64,000 bases of DNA from contig JAGWNT010000005.1 of the NCBI GenBank assembly GCA_028871195.1, positions 947 through 64,946 on the forward strand, read 5' to 3'. Every line of letters begins with the position of its first letter. The stretch's first letter is position 1. A program made the position numbers and the translations under genes. The notes beneath the pieces were generated by a model. It was given only the letters and a program-made list of their open reading frames with translations, searched no databases and was not told the DNA's origin. Positions 25,565 through 38,478 of the stretch are shown piece by piece. This DNA comes from Rhodospirillales bacterium (GTDB lineage: Bacteria > Pseudomonadota > Alphaproteobacteria > Acetobacterales > Acetobacteraceae).

Positions 25565-28215
25565 CGCCGCATGGAACGGTGAGAATGTCGGGGCCGTCTG
25601 CCGCCCCGAAGCCGATGCGGCGCGACGCGCCGGCGGCCGCGCTGATGGCCACCCTGATGGCCACACTGGCGCGCCTGGCGCCCGACGATCTGCTGCGCCG
25701 CCTGGCTGGTGGCACCGAGGGCCTGACCGACGCCGAGGCCGCCGCGCGGCTGTCGCGTGTCGGGCCCAACCAGGTGGCGCGCGAGCACGAGCACGGCATG
25801 CTGCGAGAGTTCGCCGGGCGGGTGAAGAACCCGCTGAACGCCTTGCTGCTGTCGCTTGCGGCCGTGTCGTGGATCACCGGGGACGCGCGGGCGGCAATCA
25901 TCATTTGTTTGATGGTGGCGCTCAGCGTCATCCTGGCCTTCGTGCAGGAGCATCGCTCGAACCACGCCGCGGCACGGCTGCGCGCCATGGTGCGCACAAG
26001 CGCGACCGTCACCCGCCGTCCCGCCTCCAGCCCGCCGCGCATAATCGAGATCCCGATCGAGGCGCTGGTTCCTGGCGATGTGGTGCACCTGTCCGCCGGC
26101 GACCTCGTGCCGGCCGATCTGCGGCTGCTGGCGAGCAAAAACCTGCACGTCAACCAGGCGGCCCTGACCGGCGAGGCGATGCCGGTGGACAAGCTTGACC
26201 AGGTGCCGCCGGCCACGGCGGATGATCCCTTCGCCTTCGCGAATATCTGCTTCATGGGCACGAGCGTCATCAGCGGCAGCGCAACCGCAATCGTCCTGCA
26301 GACCGGCGCCGCGACCTTCTTCGGCCAGCTGGCCGGAGACGTGGTCGGCCAGCGCATGCCCACCAGCTTCGACCGCGGCATCACCCGCTTTACCTGGCTT
26401 ATGATCCGTTTCATTGTCGTGATGGTGCCGGCGGTCTTCCTCATCAACGGATTGACCAAGGGCGATTGGCTGGAGGCCCTGCTCTTCGCCCTTGCCGTCG
26501 CCGTCGGGCTGACGCCGGAAATGCTGCCGATGATCGTCACCGTCAACCTTGCCCGCGGCGGCATGGCGATGGCGCGCAAGCAGGTGATCGTCAAGCGGCT
26601 GAACGCGATCCAGAATTTTGGCGCGATGGATATCCTGTGCACCGACAAGACCGGAACGCTGACGCAGGACCGCGTCATCCTCGAATACCACCTGGATTTC
26701 GAGGGCGAGGAGAGCGAGCGCGTGCTCGAATACGCCTATCTCAACAGCTTCCACCAATCCGGCCTGAAAAGCCTGCTGGACGAGGCGGTGCTGGCGCACG
26801 AGAACCGGCCCGAGCATGTCGGCCACATCGCCGCCTACACGAAGGTCGACGAGATCCCGTTCGATTTTCAACGCCGGCGCATGTCCGTCGTGCTCGCGCG
26901 CCCGGACAGCGCTCACCTGATGATCACAAAGGGTGCCGTGGAGGAGGTGCTGGCGGTATGCGACCGTTACAGTCTGGGCGAACGCAGCGGCGCGCTCAGC
27001 GCCACGCTGCTTGGTGATGCCAAGCGGGAAATGGCCCGGCTGAATGCCGAGGGTTTCCGTGTCGTGGGGGTTGCGTTCAAGGAATTCCCGGCGCCGTTGG
27101 CAACCTACCAGGAAGCCGAGGAGGCCGGGATGACCCTGCTCGGCTACATCGCCTTCCTCGATCCGCCGAAGGAGACGGTGGCCGACGCCATCCGGACGCT
27201 GAACGATTACGGCGTGACGGTGAAGATCCTGACCGGCGACAATGATCTCGTCACGCGCACCATCTGCCGCCAGGTCGGGCTTGCGGTGGATCGCATCGTC
27301 CTGGGGCACGAGCTGGACGGCATGTCCGATGAGGCGCTGGCCATTCTCTGCGAATCGGTGGCGGTCTTCGCCAAGCTGCTGCCCGCGCAAAAGGCCCGCG
27401 TGATCGAGGCGCTGCACCGGCGCGGCCATGTGGTGGGGTTTCTGGGCGACGGCATCAATGACGGCCCCGCCCTCAAAGCGGCGGATGTCGGCATCTCGGT
27501 CGATACGGCCGTCGACATCGCCAAGGAATCGGCCGACATCATCCTGCTGGAGAAGAGCCTGTCCGTCCTCGGCGACGGCGTGATCGAGGGCCGCAAGGTC
27601 TTCGGGAACATCGTCAAATACATCAAGATGGGCGCCAGCTCGAATTTCGGAAACATGTTCAGTGTCCTCGGCGCGAGCATCTTCCTGCCCTTCCTGCCGA
27701 TGGCGCCCATCCAGGTTCTGACCAACAATTTGCTCTACGACATCTCGCAGACCACCATTCCGACCGATTTGGTGGACGAGGAGTATCTCCGGGTACCCCG
27801 CCAATGGGATATCGGCAACCTCACCCGCTTCGTTCTGATCATCGGCCCGCTCAGCTCGATCTTCGACTATCTGACCTACTTCATGATGCTCTACGTGTTT
27901 CATGCCTGGGACCGGCCGGCCCTGTTTCAGGCGGGCTGGTTCGTGGAATCGCTGCTGACGCAGACCCTGATCATCCACATCATCCGCACCGCGCGGATAC
28001 CGTTTGTGGAAAGCCGCGCCAGCATGCCGCTGATCGCGACGACCATCATGGTCGTCGTCGCCGGTGCCGCCATCCCCTCAACGTTCATCGGCCACGCTCT
28101 CGGGTTCGTGGCCTTGCCGCCCCTCTACTGGCCGCTCGTCGCGACCATGATGCTCGGCTATGCGGTTCTGACGCACCTGGTCAAAATCTGGTTCGTACGC
28201 CGCTGGGGCATGTAG
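25561..28215 (+). CDS. mgtA: Magnesium-translocating P-type ATPase
   Basis: Motifs are CTDKTGTLTQD (phosphorylation site), LTGDN and GDGINDGPALKAADVGISV, within an MgtA-like N-terminus and a 10-TM layout. The start is an ATG at 25561, giving an ATGA overlap with the lysR stop, or an ATG at 25585. The ORF-track N-terminus starting at 25147 is spurious. Confidence 0.9.
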   Translation: MTPHGTVRMSGPSAAPKPMRRDAPAAALMATLMATLARLAPDDLLRRLAGGTEGLTDAEAAARLSRVGPNQVAREHEHGMLREFAGRVKNPLNALLLSLAAVSWITGDARAAIIICLMVALSVILAFVQEHRSNHAAARLRAMVRTSATVTRRPASSPPRIIEIPIEALVPGDVVHLSAGDLVPADLRLLASKNLHVNQAALTGEAMPVDKLDQVPPATADDPFAFANICFMGTSVISGSATAIVLQTGAATFFGQLAGDVVGQRMPTSFDRGITRFTWLMIRFIVVMVPAVFLINGLTKGDWLEALLFALAVAVGLTPEMLPMIVTVNLARGGMAMARKQVIVKRLNAIQNFGAMDILCTDKTGTLTQDRVILEYHLDFEGEESERVLEYAYLNSFHQSGLKSLLDEAVLAHENRPEHVGHIAAYTKVDEIPFDFQRRRMSVVLARPDSAHLMITKGAVEEVLAVCDRYSLGERSGALSATLLGDAKREMARLNAEGFRVVGVAFKEFPAPLATYQEAEEAGMTLLGYIAFLDPPKETVADAIRTLNDYGVTVKILTGDNDLVTRTICRQVGLAVDRIVLGHELDGMSDEALAILCESVAVFAKLLPAQKARVIEALHRRGHVVGFLGDGINDGPALKAADVGISVDTAVDIAKESADIILLEKSLSVLGDGVIEGRKVFGNIVKYIKMGASSNFGNMFSVLGASIFLPFLPMAPIQVLTNNLLYDISQTTIPTDLVDEEYLRVPRQWDIGNLTRFVLIIGPLSSIFDYLTYFMMLYVFHAWDRPALFQAGWFVESLLTQTLIIHIIRTARIPFVESRASMPLIATTIMVVVAGAAIPSTFIGHALGFVALPPLYWPLVATMMLGYAVLTHLVKIWFVRRWGM

Positions 28216-28222
28216 CCGCGGG

Positions 28223-28645
28223 CTACTCCGTCTCCGGTCGTCCGCGCAGGGTCTTGATGGCGCCGCGCTGGGTCTTGCTGTCCACGCGGCGGGCCCGCGC
28301 GGCGCGGCTCGGCCGGGTCGGGCGGCGGGTCGGCGGCGGGGGTTCGGCCGCCTCGCGGACCAGCGCCACCAGCCGCTCCAGCGCGTCGGCGCGGTTGCGC
28401 TCGCGGGTGCGGTGGCGCTGGGCGGTGATCACCAGCACGCCCTCCTTGGTCAGCCGCCGGCCCGCCAGGCGCTCCAGCCGGCCGCGGACGGCCTCGGGCA
28501 GGCTCGGGGAACGGCGCACGTCGAAGCGCAGTTGCACCGCGGTTTCGACCTTCTGGATATTCTGCCCGCCGGCCCCCGAGGCGCGCAGGAAATCCTCGTG
28601 AAGTTCGCTCTCGTCGAGCATGATGCCGCGCCCGATCGCGATCAC
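28223..28645 (-). CDS. arfB: Alternative ribosome-rescue factor ArfB (peptidyl-tRNA hydrolase, YaeJ/ICT1 family)
   Basis: The GGQ motif is FLRASGAGGQNIQKVETAVQLRFD, followed by a basic C-terminal tail. A GTG start at 28645 restores the usual N-terminus (IAIGRGIMLDESEL), and an ATG alternative sits at 28621. Confidence 0.85.
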   Translation of the reverse strand: MIAIGRGIMLDESELHEDFLRASGAGGQNIQKVETAVQLRFDVRRSPSLPEAVRGRLERLAGRRLTKEGVLVITAQRHRTRERNRADALERLVALVREAAEPPPPTRRPTRPSRAARARRVDSKTQRGAIKTLRGRPETE

Positions 28646-28718
28646 GGCGCACGGCTCCGCGATGGCCGCGCCGGATTGGTGAATGGTGCAACGGAATTCG
28701 TCATGACGAGAGGATAGC

Positions 28719-29525
28719 ATGCCTGCCACACCGGTGCCGATCCTGCCTGAAGCGGGCTTCAACCGCCTTGCCCTGTGCCGCCACGGCCCGATGCTGTTCA
28801 ATCGCCATGACCAGTATGTCGGCGCGTCGCTGGCCACCTATGGCGAGTTCTCGCCGGGCGAGATGGTGCTGTTCGCCAAGCTGGTCGGCGCCGGCGCGCA
28901 TGTCGTCGAGGTCGGCGCCAATATCGGCGCCCACACCGTGGGCCTCGCCCAGCTCGTCGGGCCGAGCGGGCGGGTGCACGCGTTCGAGCCCCAGCGCATC
29001 GTCTTTCAGACACTGTGCGCCAATCTCGCACTCAACAGCTGCACCAACGTGCTCGCCCGCCATGAAGCCGCCGGCGCCGAGGCCGGCGAAATCCTGGTCC
29101 CGGCCCTCGCGCCGGACCGGACCAACAATTTCGGTGGCCTGTCGCTGCGCGGCGCCACCAGCGGCGAGCGCGTGACGCTGCGCCGGCTCGATGATCTCGC
29201 ATTGCCCGCCTGCCATCTGCTGAAGATCGATGCCGAGGGCATGGAGGTCGAAGTGCTGCGCGGTGCCGCCGCCTCGGTCGCGGCGCACCGCCCCTTCCTC
29301 TATGTCGAGAACGACCGCACCGAGCGCGCCGCCGAGCTGGTCGCGCTGCTGCTCGGCTGGAACTACCAGCTCTACTGGCACACGCCCCCGCTCTTCGAGC
29401 CGGAGAATTTCGCCGGCGAGGCGGCAAACATCTTCGGCGTCACCGCCTCGCTCAATCTGCTGTGCGTCGCGGCCGAGCGGAACATCACCGTCCAGGGCCT
29501 GCGGGACGGGCGCATCCCGCTCTGA
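28719..29525 (+). CDS. FkbM-family methyltransferase
   Basis: 268 aa with the SAM-binding block HVVEVGANIGAHTV, then FEPQ and a later LLKIDAEGMEVEVL block, as in the FkbM family. A GAGAGGA RBS precedes the ATG. Confidence 0.75.
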   Translation: MPATPVPILPEAGFNRLALCRHGPMLFNRHDQYVGASLATYGEFSPGEMVLFAKLVGAGAHVVEVGANIGAHTVGLAQLVGPSGRVHAFEPQRIVFQTLCANLALNSCTNVLARHEAAGAEAGEILVPALAPDRTNNFGGLSLRGATSGERVTLRRLDDLALPACHLLKIDAEGMEVEVLRGAAASVAAHRPFLYVENDRTERAAELVALLLGWNYQLYWHTPPLFEPENFAGEAANIFGVTASLNLLCVAAERNITVQGLRDGRIPL

Positions 29526-29535
29526 CCGCCCGGCC

Positions 29536-32532
29536 TCAATCGGGCAGCGCGTGGCGCGCGCGCCAGCGTATCGCGTCGGACAGGTCGGGGGCGCGGCGCA
29601 GATTACCCAGCGGCCCGCTCACCCGCAGCGCCAGCGCCGGCGGGTCCGGCAGGGCAGGCCGCAGCACGAGATGCAGATCGGCGGTGCCGGCCGCGAGATC
29701 GGTGCCGCCGCCCAGCTCGATGCTCCCGGCCGGGGCGGCCAGCACGGCGTCGCCGAGGCGCAGCGCGCCATGGTCGATCGCGGCATGCACGGCAAACCGG
29801 TCGAACAGCGTCGTCCCTCCGGCGAGCGCGGCGCGCAGCCCGGCATCGTCGGCGAGCCTGCGCGCGCCGCCGCCGGCCGGCGAGGTCGCCATCGCCCCGA
29901 GCGCCACGCCGGTCAGCGCGCCGTTGGTGACATCGAGGCTCAGCGCGCCCTGCAAGGTCGCCAGCAAGGCCGCGGGGGAATGCCCGGCGGCACGGAGCGA
30001 GGCCGCCGCGGTCACGCGCCCCGCGGTGAGGTCGAGCGGCAGGTCGAGCAGCGGCCCGGCCAGCGCCGCCCCGTCCAGCCGCGCCTCGACGGCCAGCGCC
30101 GGCAGCGCCGCCGCGGCATCGAGCGTCACCTCGCCGGTGAGCATCCCGCCGCCGATGCGTGCGGTGACCTTGTCGAGCCGCAGCACACCATGGGCGAGGT
30201 CCAGATGGGCCGCCACGTCGCCCAGCGCCGGCAGCCCGCCCAGTTGCAGCTGCCCGGCCTGCACCGCCACCGCCGCCTGCCAGCCGCGCAACGCCGCGAG
30301 TTGCAGCGGCGCGCCGGAACGCAGCGCGGGCAGCGGCAGCGGCAGGGTCTCGGCGCGGACATGGCCGGTCACCACCGCCTCGCCGCCGGCCTGCTGCACG
30401 GCCAGCGCCCCGCTCGCATGCAATGTGCCGGCTGTCAGGTCGAAGCTGTCGGCCGAGAGCAGGTTGGCCGTCCCGCTCGCCTGCGCCACCACGCTCAGCG
30501 AGCCGTCGCCCAGCCACGACGCCGCGCCGGCCAGGCCGAGCATCGCCATCAGCCGCGGCGCCCCGGGATGGCGCAACGTGACCGGCCCTGCCCAGCGCCC
30601 GGCCGGCCGGTCGAGCACAGGCTGGGCCTCGAGCCGCAAATCGGCGAGATCGGCCGTCACCTTCAGCGCGAGCTTCGCCGGCGGGCCACCGCCCAGCACC
30701 TGCAGATCGGCCGGGCCCTGCCACAGCGCCGGCACCCGCCGCGCCGCCGCCGCCAGCCCCGCCGGAAGCCAGCCGAGCACGCTGGCCGCCTGCGCCGCCT
30801 GGGCATCGAGCCGGCCCTCGGTCAGCCCGCCATCGCGGCCGAACGTGCCGGAGGCGGCAACGTGCACGCCACTGGCCAGAAGATCGAGCTTGCGCAGGAT
30901 CAGGCGCCCGCCCGCCCCGCCCGTGCCGCTCTCCGCCCCCGCATCCAGCAGCAGCGGCGCGATGGTGGCCCCGCCGAGCACCGCCTGCCGGGCCTCGACG
31001 CGCAGATCGACATCGAACCCGCCGAGCCGCGCCGTCACCGCCGCGGGGAAATCGGACGGCAGGCCGCCCCGCCAGGGCGCCAGCCAGGGATCGAGGTCGA
31101 GCCGATCGAAGGCCAGCCCGGCGCCGAGCCGCGGGTGGGCGCCCAGCTGCACGGCCAGGCTGCCGGTCATCGGTTGACCATCGAGCTGGCCGGTCAGGTG
31201 ATCGAGCGCGACGGCGCCCGGCGTCACCACCACATGCCCGGCGAGGCCGGCCCGCAGCATCACGCCGTCCGGCAGGGCCGAGGCAACTGCGAAGCCCGCG
31301 CCGCGCAGCCAATCCAGCGTGGTGCGCAGGGCCGGGGCGTCGAGGCGGGCCTGGCCCTCGAAGCGCCCGGCGGCACTCGCCGCGCCACCGAGGCGGCCGG
31401 TGAGGCGCAGCGCCGCGTCGCCCGGCAGGCGGGCGCCGAGTTCGCGCACCGTCACCACGCCGGCCGCGATGTCGAAAGCGCCGCGCAGGTCGCGCAGCGT
31501 GCCGCCAGCGAGCTGCGCGGCCTGGGCCGAGAGATCAACGCCGATCGGCAGGCGCGCGGCGAGCATGCCGCCCGCTCCCGCGCCGCGCAGCAGGGCGCCG
31601 GCCCAGGCATCGAGATCGAGCCGGTTGGAGGTCAGCGCAACGTCGAGCCGCGGTGCCGGCAGCAGGCGCAAGGCCAGCGCCCCCTGGGCCGCCGTGGTCA
31701 TGGCCGGCGCGGCGCCGAGGGTCACCGCGAGTTCATCGGCCGCCAGCAGCCCGCCGGCGACGGTCAGGCGGCCGCTGGCGGTGAACGGCGTCTTCGGCGC
31801 CGGCAGCAGGGCGGAGAGATCGGGCCCGTGCAGCGAGACAAGCCCGGAGAGGTCGCCGCCGCGCGCGATCTGCGCGGCCACGGCCACGCCCACCCCATGC
31901 GCACCGCCCTGCCCCTCCAGGGTCAGATCGAGCGCGCTCGCCCCGTCGGCGCCGGGCGGCTGGAGGCGGGCCGAGAAATGCCAGGTCTGCCCGCTGATGC
32001 TGGCCGCCCCGGCGACCATCGAGGTGCCGGTCAACGGCGCGCTGGTCAGCGTCAGATCGACGCCGTTGAAGATCAGGTCGCCGATCTCGAGCCGGCCGCC
32101 CTCGATGCGCGCCGAGGCGGTGGCGAACCAGCCGGGCGGGCGCAGCAGCAGGCCCAAGGGGGAAACATCCTTCGGCAGCGGCCAGGGCAGGCGCATGTCC
32201 ACGCCGTGCAGCACCAGCTCGCGGGCGTCGATGCGTCCGCGCAACAGGGCGGCGAGCCCGACGCGCAGGCGCAAGGCCGCGGCCTTCATGCGCAACCCGC
32301 CGCCGCCCTGGTCGATCGCCACGCCATCGGCGGTGACCTGCGGGCGCGGCAGCAGCGTCAGCGTGATCGGGCCGTCGATGCGCACGGGGCGGCCGAGCGT
32401 GTCGGTGGCGAGGGCCTCGATGCCGTCGCGGTAGCGGTTCCAGTCGAGCAGGGCGGGCAGCACCCAGGCGGCCAGCAGCAGCGCCACGATCAGCGCCGCC
32501 AGGCCGCCCAGCCCCCAGCGCAGGATGCGCAT
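29536..32532 (-). CDS. AsmA-family protein
   Basis: 998 aa. The N-terminal anchor is MRILRWGLGGLAALIVALLLAAWVLPALLDWNRYR, followed by a long beta-rich Ala/Gly/Leu body and an AsmA-like C-terminus. GC3 is highest in this frame. Confidence 0.75.
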   Translation of the reverse strand: MRILRWGLGGLAALIVALLLAAWVLPALLDWNRYRDGIEALATDTLGRPVRIDGPITLTLLPRPQVTADGVAIDQGGGGLRMKAAALRLRVGLAALLRGRIDARELVLHGVDMRLPWPLPKDVSPLGLLLRPPGWFATASARIEGGRLEIGDLIFNGVDLTLTSAPLTGTSMVAGAASISGQTWHFSARLQPPGADGASALDLTLEGQGGAHGVGVAVAAQIARGGDLSGLVSLHGPDLSALLPAPKTPFTASGRLTVAGGLLAADELAVTLGAAPAMTTAAQGALALRLLPAPRLDVALTSNRLDLDAWAGALLRGAGAGGMLAARLPIGVDLSAQAAQLAGGTLRDLRGAFDIAAGVVTVRELGARLPGDAALRLTGRLGGAASAAGRFEGQARLDAPALRTTLDWLRGAGFAVASALPDGVMLRAGLAGHVVVTPGAVALDHLTGQLDGQPMTGSLAVQLGAHPRLGAGLAFDRLDLDPWLAPWRGGLPSDFPAAVTARLGGFDVDLRVEARQAVLGGATIAPLLLDAGAESGTGGAGGRLILRKLDLLASGVHVAASGTFGRDGGLTEGRLDAQAAQAASVLGWLPAGLAAAARRVPALWQGPADLQVLGGGPPAKLALKVTADLADLRLEAQPVLDRPAGRWAGPVTLRHPGAPRLMAMLGLAGAASWLGDGSLSVVAQASGTANLLSADSFDLTAGTLHASGALAVQQAGGEAVVTGHVRAETLPLPLPALRSGAPLQLAALRGWQAAVAVQAGQLQLGGLPALGDVAAHLDLAHGVLRLDKVTARIGGGMLTGEVTLDAAAALPALAVEARLDGAALAGPLLDLPLDLTAGRVTAAASLRAAGHSPAALLATLQGALSLDVTNGALTGVALGAMATSPAGGGARRLADDAGLRAALAGGTTLFDRFAVHAAIDHGALRLGDAVLAAPAGSIELGGGTDLAAGTADLHLVLRPALPDPPALALRVSGPLGNLRRAPDLSDAIRWRARHALPD

Positions 32533-32566
32533 GGCGGCGGCTAGCGCGGCAGCGGCGCGCGGCCGC

Positions 32567-36178
<3,612 letters not shown>

Positions 36179-36333
36179 GTGGGCTCTCCTGTCGGGGGCG
36201 CGATATAGAGGCGAGGCCCGTGGCACGCGCAAGCCCCGCCGGCGGCTCCGGCGCGGACCGGCGATGAAGCATTTTGCCGGGGCTCGGCGGCCCATGATAG
36301 AGCCTGTCAGGCAGCAGGAACGGACCGCGCGCA

Positions 36334-37089
36334 GTGTGGGGCAAGATCATCGGTGGCATGGCCGGCTTCGCCATGGGCGGCCCGCTGGGCGCCATGGTGG
36401 GGGCGGCGCTCGGCCATGCGGCCGAGACCGGCACGCCGCAGATGGTGCGCTTCACCGCCCCCCGCCTCGCCGCCCTGCTCGGCCAGCGCGAGCAGCTCTT
36501 TGCCGTCGGCGTGGTGGTGCTGGCCGCCAAACTCGCAAAATGCGACGGGCCGGTGGCGCGGGTGGAGATCGACGCCTTCAAGCGCAGCTTCCGCATCCCG
36601 CCCGAGGCGGTGCGCGACATCGGCCGGCTGTTCGACAATGCGCGCGACAGCAGCGAGGGGTTCGAGGGCTATGCTGAGCAGATCGGCGAGGCCTTCGCCG
36701 ATAATCGCGGCATGCTGGAGGATGTGCTGGCGGCGCTGTTCGTCATCGCGCGCGCCGATGGCCCGGTGAACCGCGCGGAGGAAACCTTCCTGATGGCGGT
36801 CTGCCGCGCCTTCGGGCTCGGCCTGGATGCCTGGGAGCGGGCCCAGGACCCGCGCGCCCGGCGGCCGCAGAGCGGCGACGACGACACCGATCCCTACGAG
36901 GTGCTGGGCGTGCCGCGCAGCGCGTCCCACGCGACGGTGCGCGCCGCCTGGCGGCAGCTGATGCGCGAGAACCACCCCGACAGCCTGGCCAGCCGTGGCG
37001 TGCCGGCCGAGTTCATCGCCCGCGCCGGCGAGAAGGTCGCGCGCATCAACGCCGCCTGGGACCGGGTGAAGCGGGAACGCGGCTTGTGA
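36334..37089 (+). CDS. djlA: DnaJ-like co-chaperone DjlA (TerB-like domain plus C-terminal J domain)
   Basis: The N-terminal TM segment is [27 protein letters not shown]. The C-terminal J domain is [31 protein letters not shown]. The start codon is GTG. Confidence 0.85.
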   Translation: MWGKIIGGMAGFAMGGPLGAMVGAALGHAAETGTPQMVRFTAPRLAALLGQREQLFAVGVVVLAAKLAKCDGPVARVEIDAFKRSFRIPPEAVRDIGRLFDNARDSSEGFEGYAEQIGEAFADNRGMLEDVLAALFVIARADGPVNRAEETFLMAVCRAFGLGLDAWERAQDPRARRPQSGDDDTDPYEVLGVPRSASHATVRAAWRQLMRENHPDSLASRGVPAEFIARAGEKVARINAAWDRVKRERGL

Positions 37090-37817
37090 CACTGGCCATC
37101 CGTGAGTGGCCGAGCCCGAACCAGGATGCCCGGGGTTCGGCGCCGGACATGATCGTCATCCACTATACCGGCATGCGCACGGGGCGCGCCGCGCTGGAGC
37201 GGCTGCGCGACCCGCAATCGCGGGTCTCGGCGCATTACGTGGTCGAGGAGGGCGGCGAGGTCTGGCGGCTGGTGGCCGAGGAGCGGCGGGCCTGGCACGC
37301 GGGAGAATCGTTCTGGCGCGGGCGAAGCGGGCTCAACGACCGCTCGATCGGCATCGAGATCGTCAATGGCGGGCATGAGTTCGGCCTGCCGAATTATCCC
37401 GTGTTGCAGCTTTCCGTGGTGTGCGACCTGTGCCTGGACATCCTCTCGCGCCACCGCATCGCCGCCCGCGACATCGTCGGCCACAGCGACATCGCGCCGG
37501 ACCGCAAGGAGGACCCCGGCGAGCGCTTCGACTGGGCGGGGCTGGCGCGCAACGGCGTCGGCCTGTGGCCGGAGGGCGTGCCCGATCTCGGCACCGGCGG
37601 CATCGTGCGCGACGCAATGGCGCTGCGCGACGTGCGGGCGGCGCTGGCAACGATCGGCTACCGCGTGGCGCCGGAAGGGGCGCTGGATCCGGCGCTCGCC
37701 GCCGTGCTGCGCGCCTTCCAGCGGCACTGGCGGCCGGAGGCGGTGACCGGCCAGGCCGATGCCGGCACGCTGGCCCGGCTGCTGGCGGTGGCGCGCATGG
37801 TTGACGGCGGGGGCTGA
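37086..37817 (+). CDS. N-acetylmuramoyl-L-alanine amidase (AmpD-like amidase_2) with a C-terminal peptidoglycan-binding domain
   Basis: IVIHYTGM...SAHYVV...RAWHAG matches the amidase_2 pattern, and the C-terminal ALRDVRAALATIGY...VLRAFQRHW resembles PG_binding_1. The GTG start forms a GTGA overlap with the djlA stop. Confidence 0.85.
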   Translation: MTLAIREWPSPNQDARGSAPDMIVIHYTGMRTGRAALERLRDPQSRVSAHYVVEEGGEVWRLVAEERRAWHAGESFWRGRSGLNDRSIGIEIVNGGHEFGLPNYPVLQLSVVCDLCLDILSRHRIAARDIVGHSDIAPDRKEDPGERFDWAGLARNGVGLWPEGVPDLGTGGIVRDAMALRDVRAALATIGYRVAPEGALDPALAAVLRAFQRHWRPEAVTGQADAGTLARLLAVARMVDGGG

Positions 37818-37835
37818 CTGGGCGCATCAGGCCCG

Positions 37836-38231
37836 GGCCAGACGGCCGGACGGCCGCTGCCGGGGCGCGAGCCGCGGTGGAGGAAAGTCCGGGCTCCACG
37901 GGAACACGGTGCCGGCTAACGGCCGGCGGGGGCGACCCCAGGGAAAGTGCCACAGAAAACAAACCGCCGGCGCGCAGCGATGCCCGTCGGCAAGGGTGAA
38001 ACGGTGCGGCAAGAGCGCACCGCGCCCCCGGCAACGGGGGCGGCACGGCAAACCCCACCGGGAGCAAGACCGAATAGGGGCGGCCGGCGGGTCCGCGAGG
38101 ATGCCGCAGGGGTGTTTCCGCCCCGTCGCCCGGGTTGGTCGCGCGAGGCGCGCAGCAATGCGCGTCCCAGAGGAATGGCCGTCCCGCTCCGCGAGGGGCG
38201 GACAGAACCCGGCTTACAGGCCGTCTGGCAC
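37836..38231 (+). ncRNA. rnpB: RNase P RNA, bacterial type A
   Basis: Conserved blocks are GGAGGAAAGTCCGGGCTCC, GGGAAAGTGCCACAGAAAACA, AAGGGTGAAACGGTGCGGCAAGAGCGCACC, AGCAAGACCGAATAGG and ACAGAACCCGGCTTACAGG. The P1 pairing is CCAGACGGCC (37838-37847) with GGCCGTCTGG (38219-38228). The ends are accurate to within a few nt. Confidence 0.92.
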
Positions 38232-38327
38232 TTCGCCTGCGCCGGGTTTGGCGCGGGAGCGTGACGGCACCGCGCCTGCGGCGCGACAGGATCGCGCTCC
38301 GAATAGAACAAAACAAACATTAATAAC

Positions 38328-38342
38328 GAACATACATAGAAC
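38328..38342 (+). promoter_or_regulatory. Alphaproteobacterial LexA-type direct repeat candidate (GAAC-N7-GAAC)
   Basis: GAACATACATAGAAC lies inside a 60-bp stretch of 23% GC between rnpB and mraZ. This is a motif match only. Confidence 0.3.
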
Positions 38343-38450
38343 ATTTGGTTAATTTAATGACGGTGAGCGGGAAATGCCGGGATCGGCACTAACACATTGA
38401 CGCAGCGCCGCATTTTCTGGACGACACGCCCTCCATTCCAGACAATCCCT

Positions 38451-38478
38451 TTGACGACCCATAATTTCCCGTGATATT
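38451..38478 (+). promoter_or_regulatory. Sigma70-like promoter candidate for the dcw cluster
   Basis: TTGACG-N16-GATATT lies about 105 nt upstream of the mraZ ATG. A second TTGACG occurs at 38397-38402. Confidence 0.3.

Noticed and set aside
25444-27978. 844-aa minus-strand ORF opposite mgtA, and a 436-aa ORF at 25368-26678
   Set aside because: mgtA carries all the P-type ATPase motifs (DKTGT, TGDN, GDGINDGPAL). The antisense products are Arg/Asp/His/Gly-rich with no domain features.
29230-32544. 1104-aa plus-strand ORF covering the whole asmA locus
   Set aside because: It is antisense to a gene with a credible AsmA N-terminal anchor. Its product is Arg/Gly/Ala/Pro/Gln low-complexity sequence (RRR, GRR and QRQ runs) with no recognisable motif. 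Long stop-free antisense frames are expected opposite GC3-rich genes in DNA of about 70% GC.
38271-38297. Two mutually exclusive hairpins after rnpB (CGCGCC-tgc-GGCGCG versus GCGCGA-cagga-TCGCGC), considered as an attenuator-like switch
   Set aside because: The stems are short (6 bp) and made of generic GC-rich sequence. The simplest reading is 3' processing or termination structure for rnpB, and nothing downstream would be attenuated before the dcw promoter.
37916-38344. 142-aa minus-strand ORF beginning in the AT-rich island (MFYVCSLLMFVLFYSE...), considered as a possible SOS-controlled small membrane protein
   Set aside because: After the first 16 codons or so it runs antisense through rnpB and becomes Pro/Arg/Ala-rich. 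The hydrophobic start is just a translation of AT-rich DNA, and there is no RBS.
38367-38382. Two CGGGA pentamers spaced exactly 10 bp apart (38368 and 38378), considered as MraZ boxes (E. coli TGGGN repeats)
   Set aside because: There are only two copies, the third expected position does not match, and they lie upstream of rather than at the candidate promoter. This is too weak to call.
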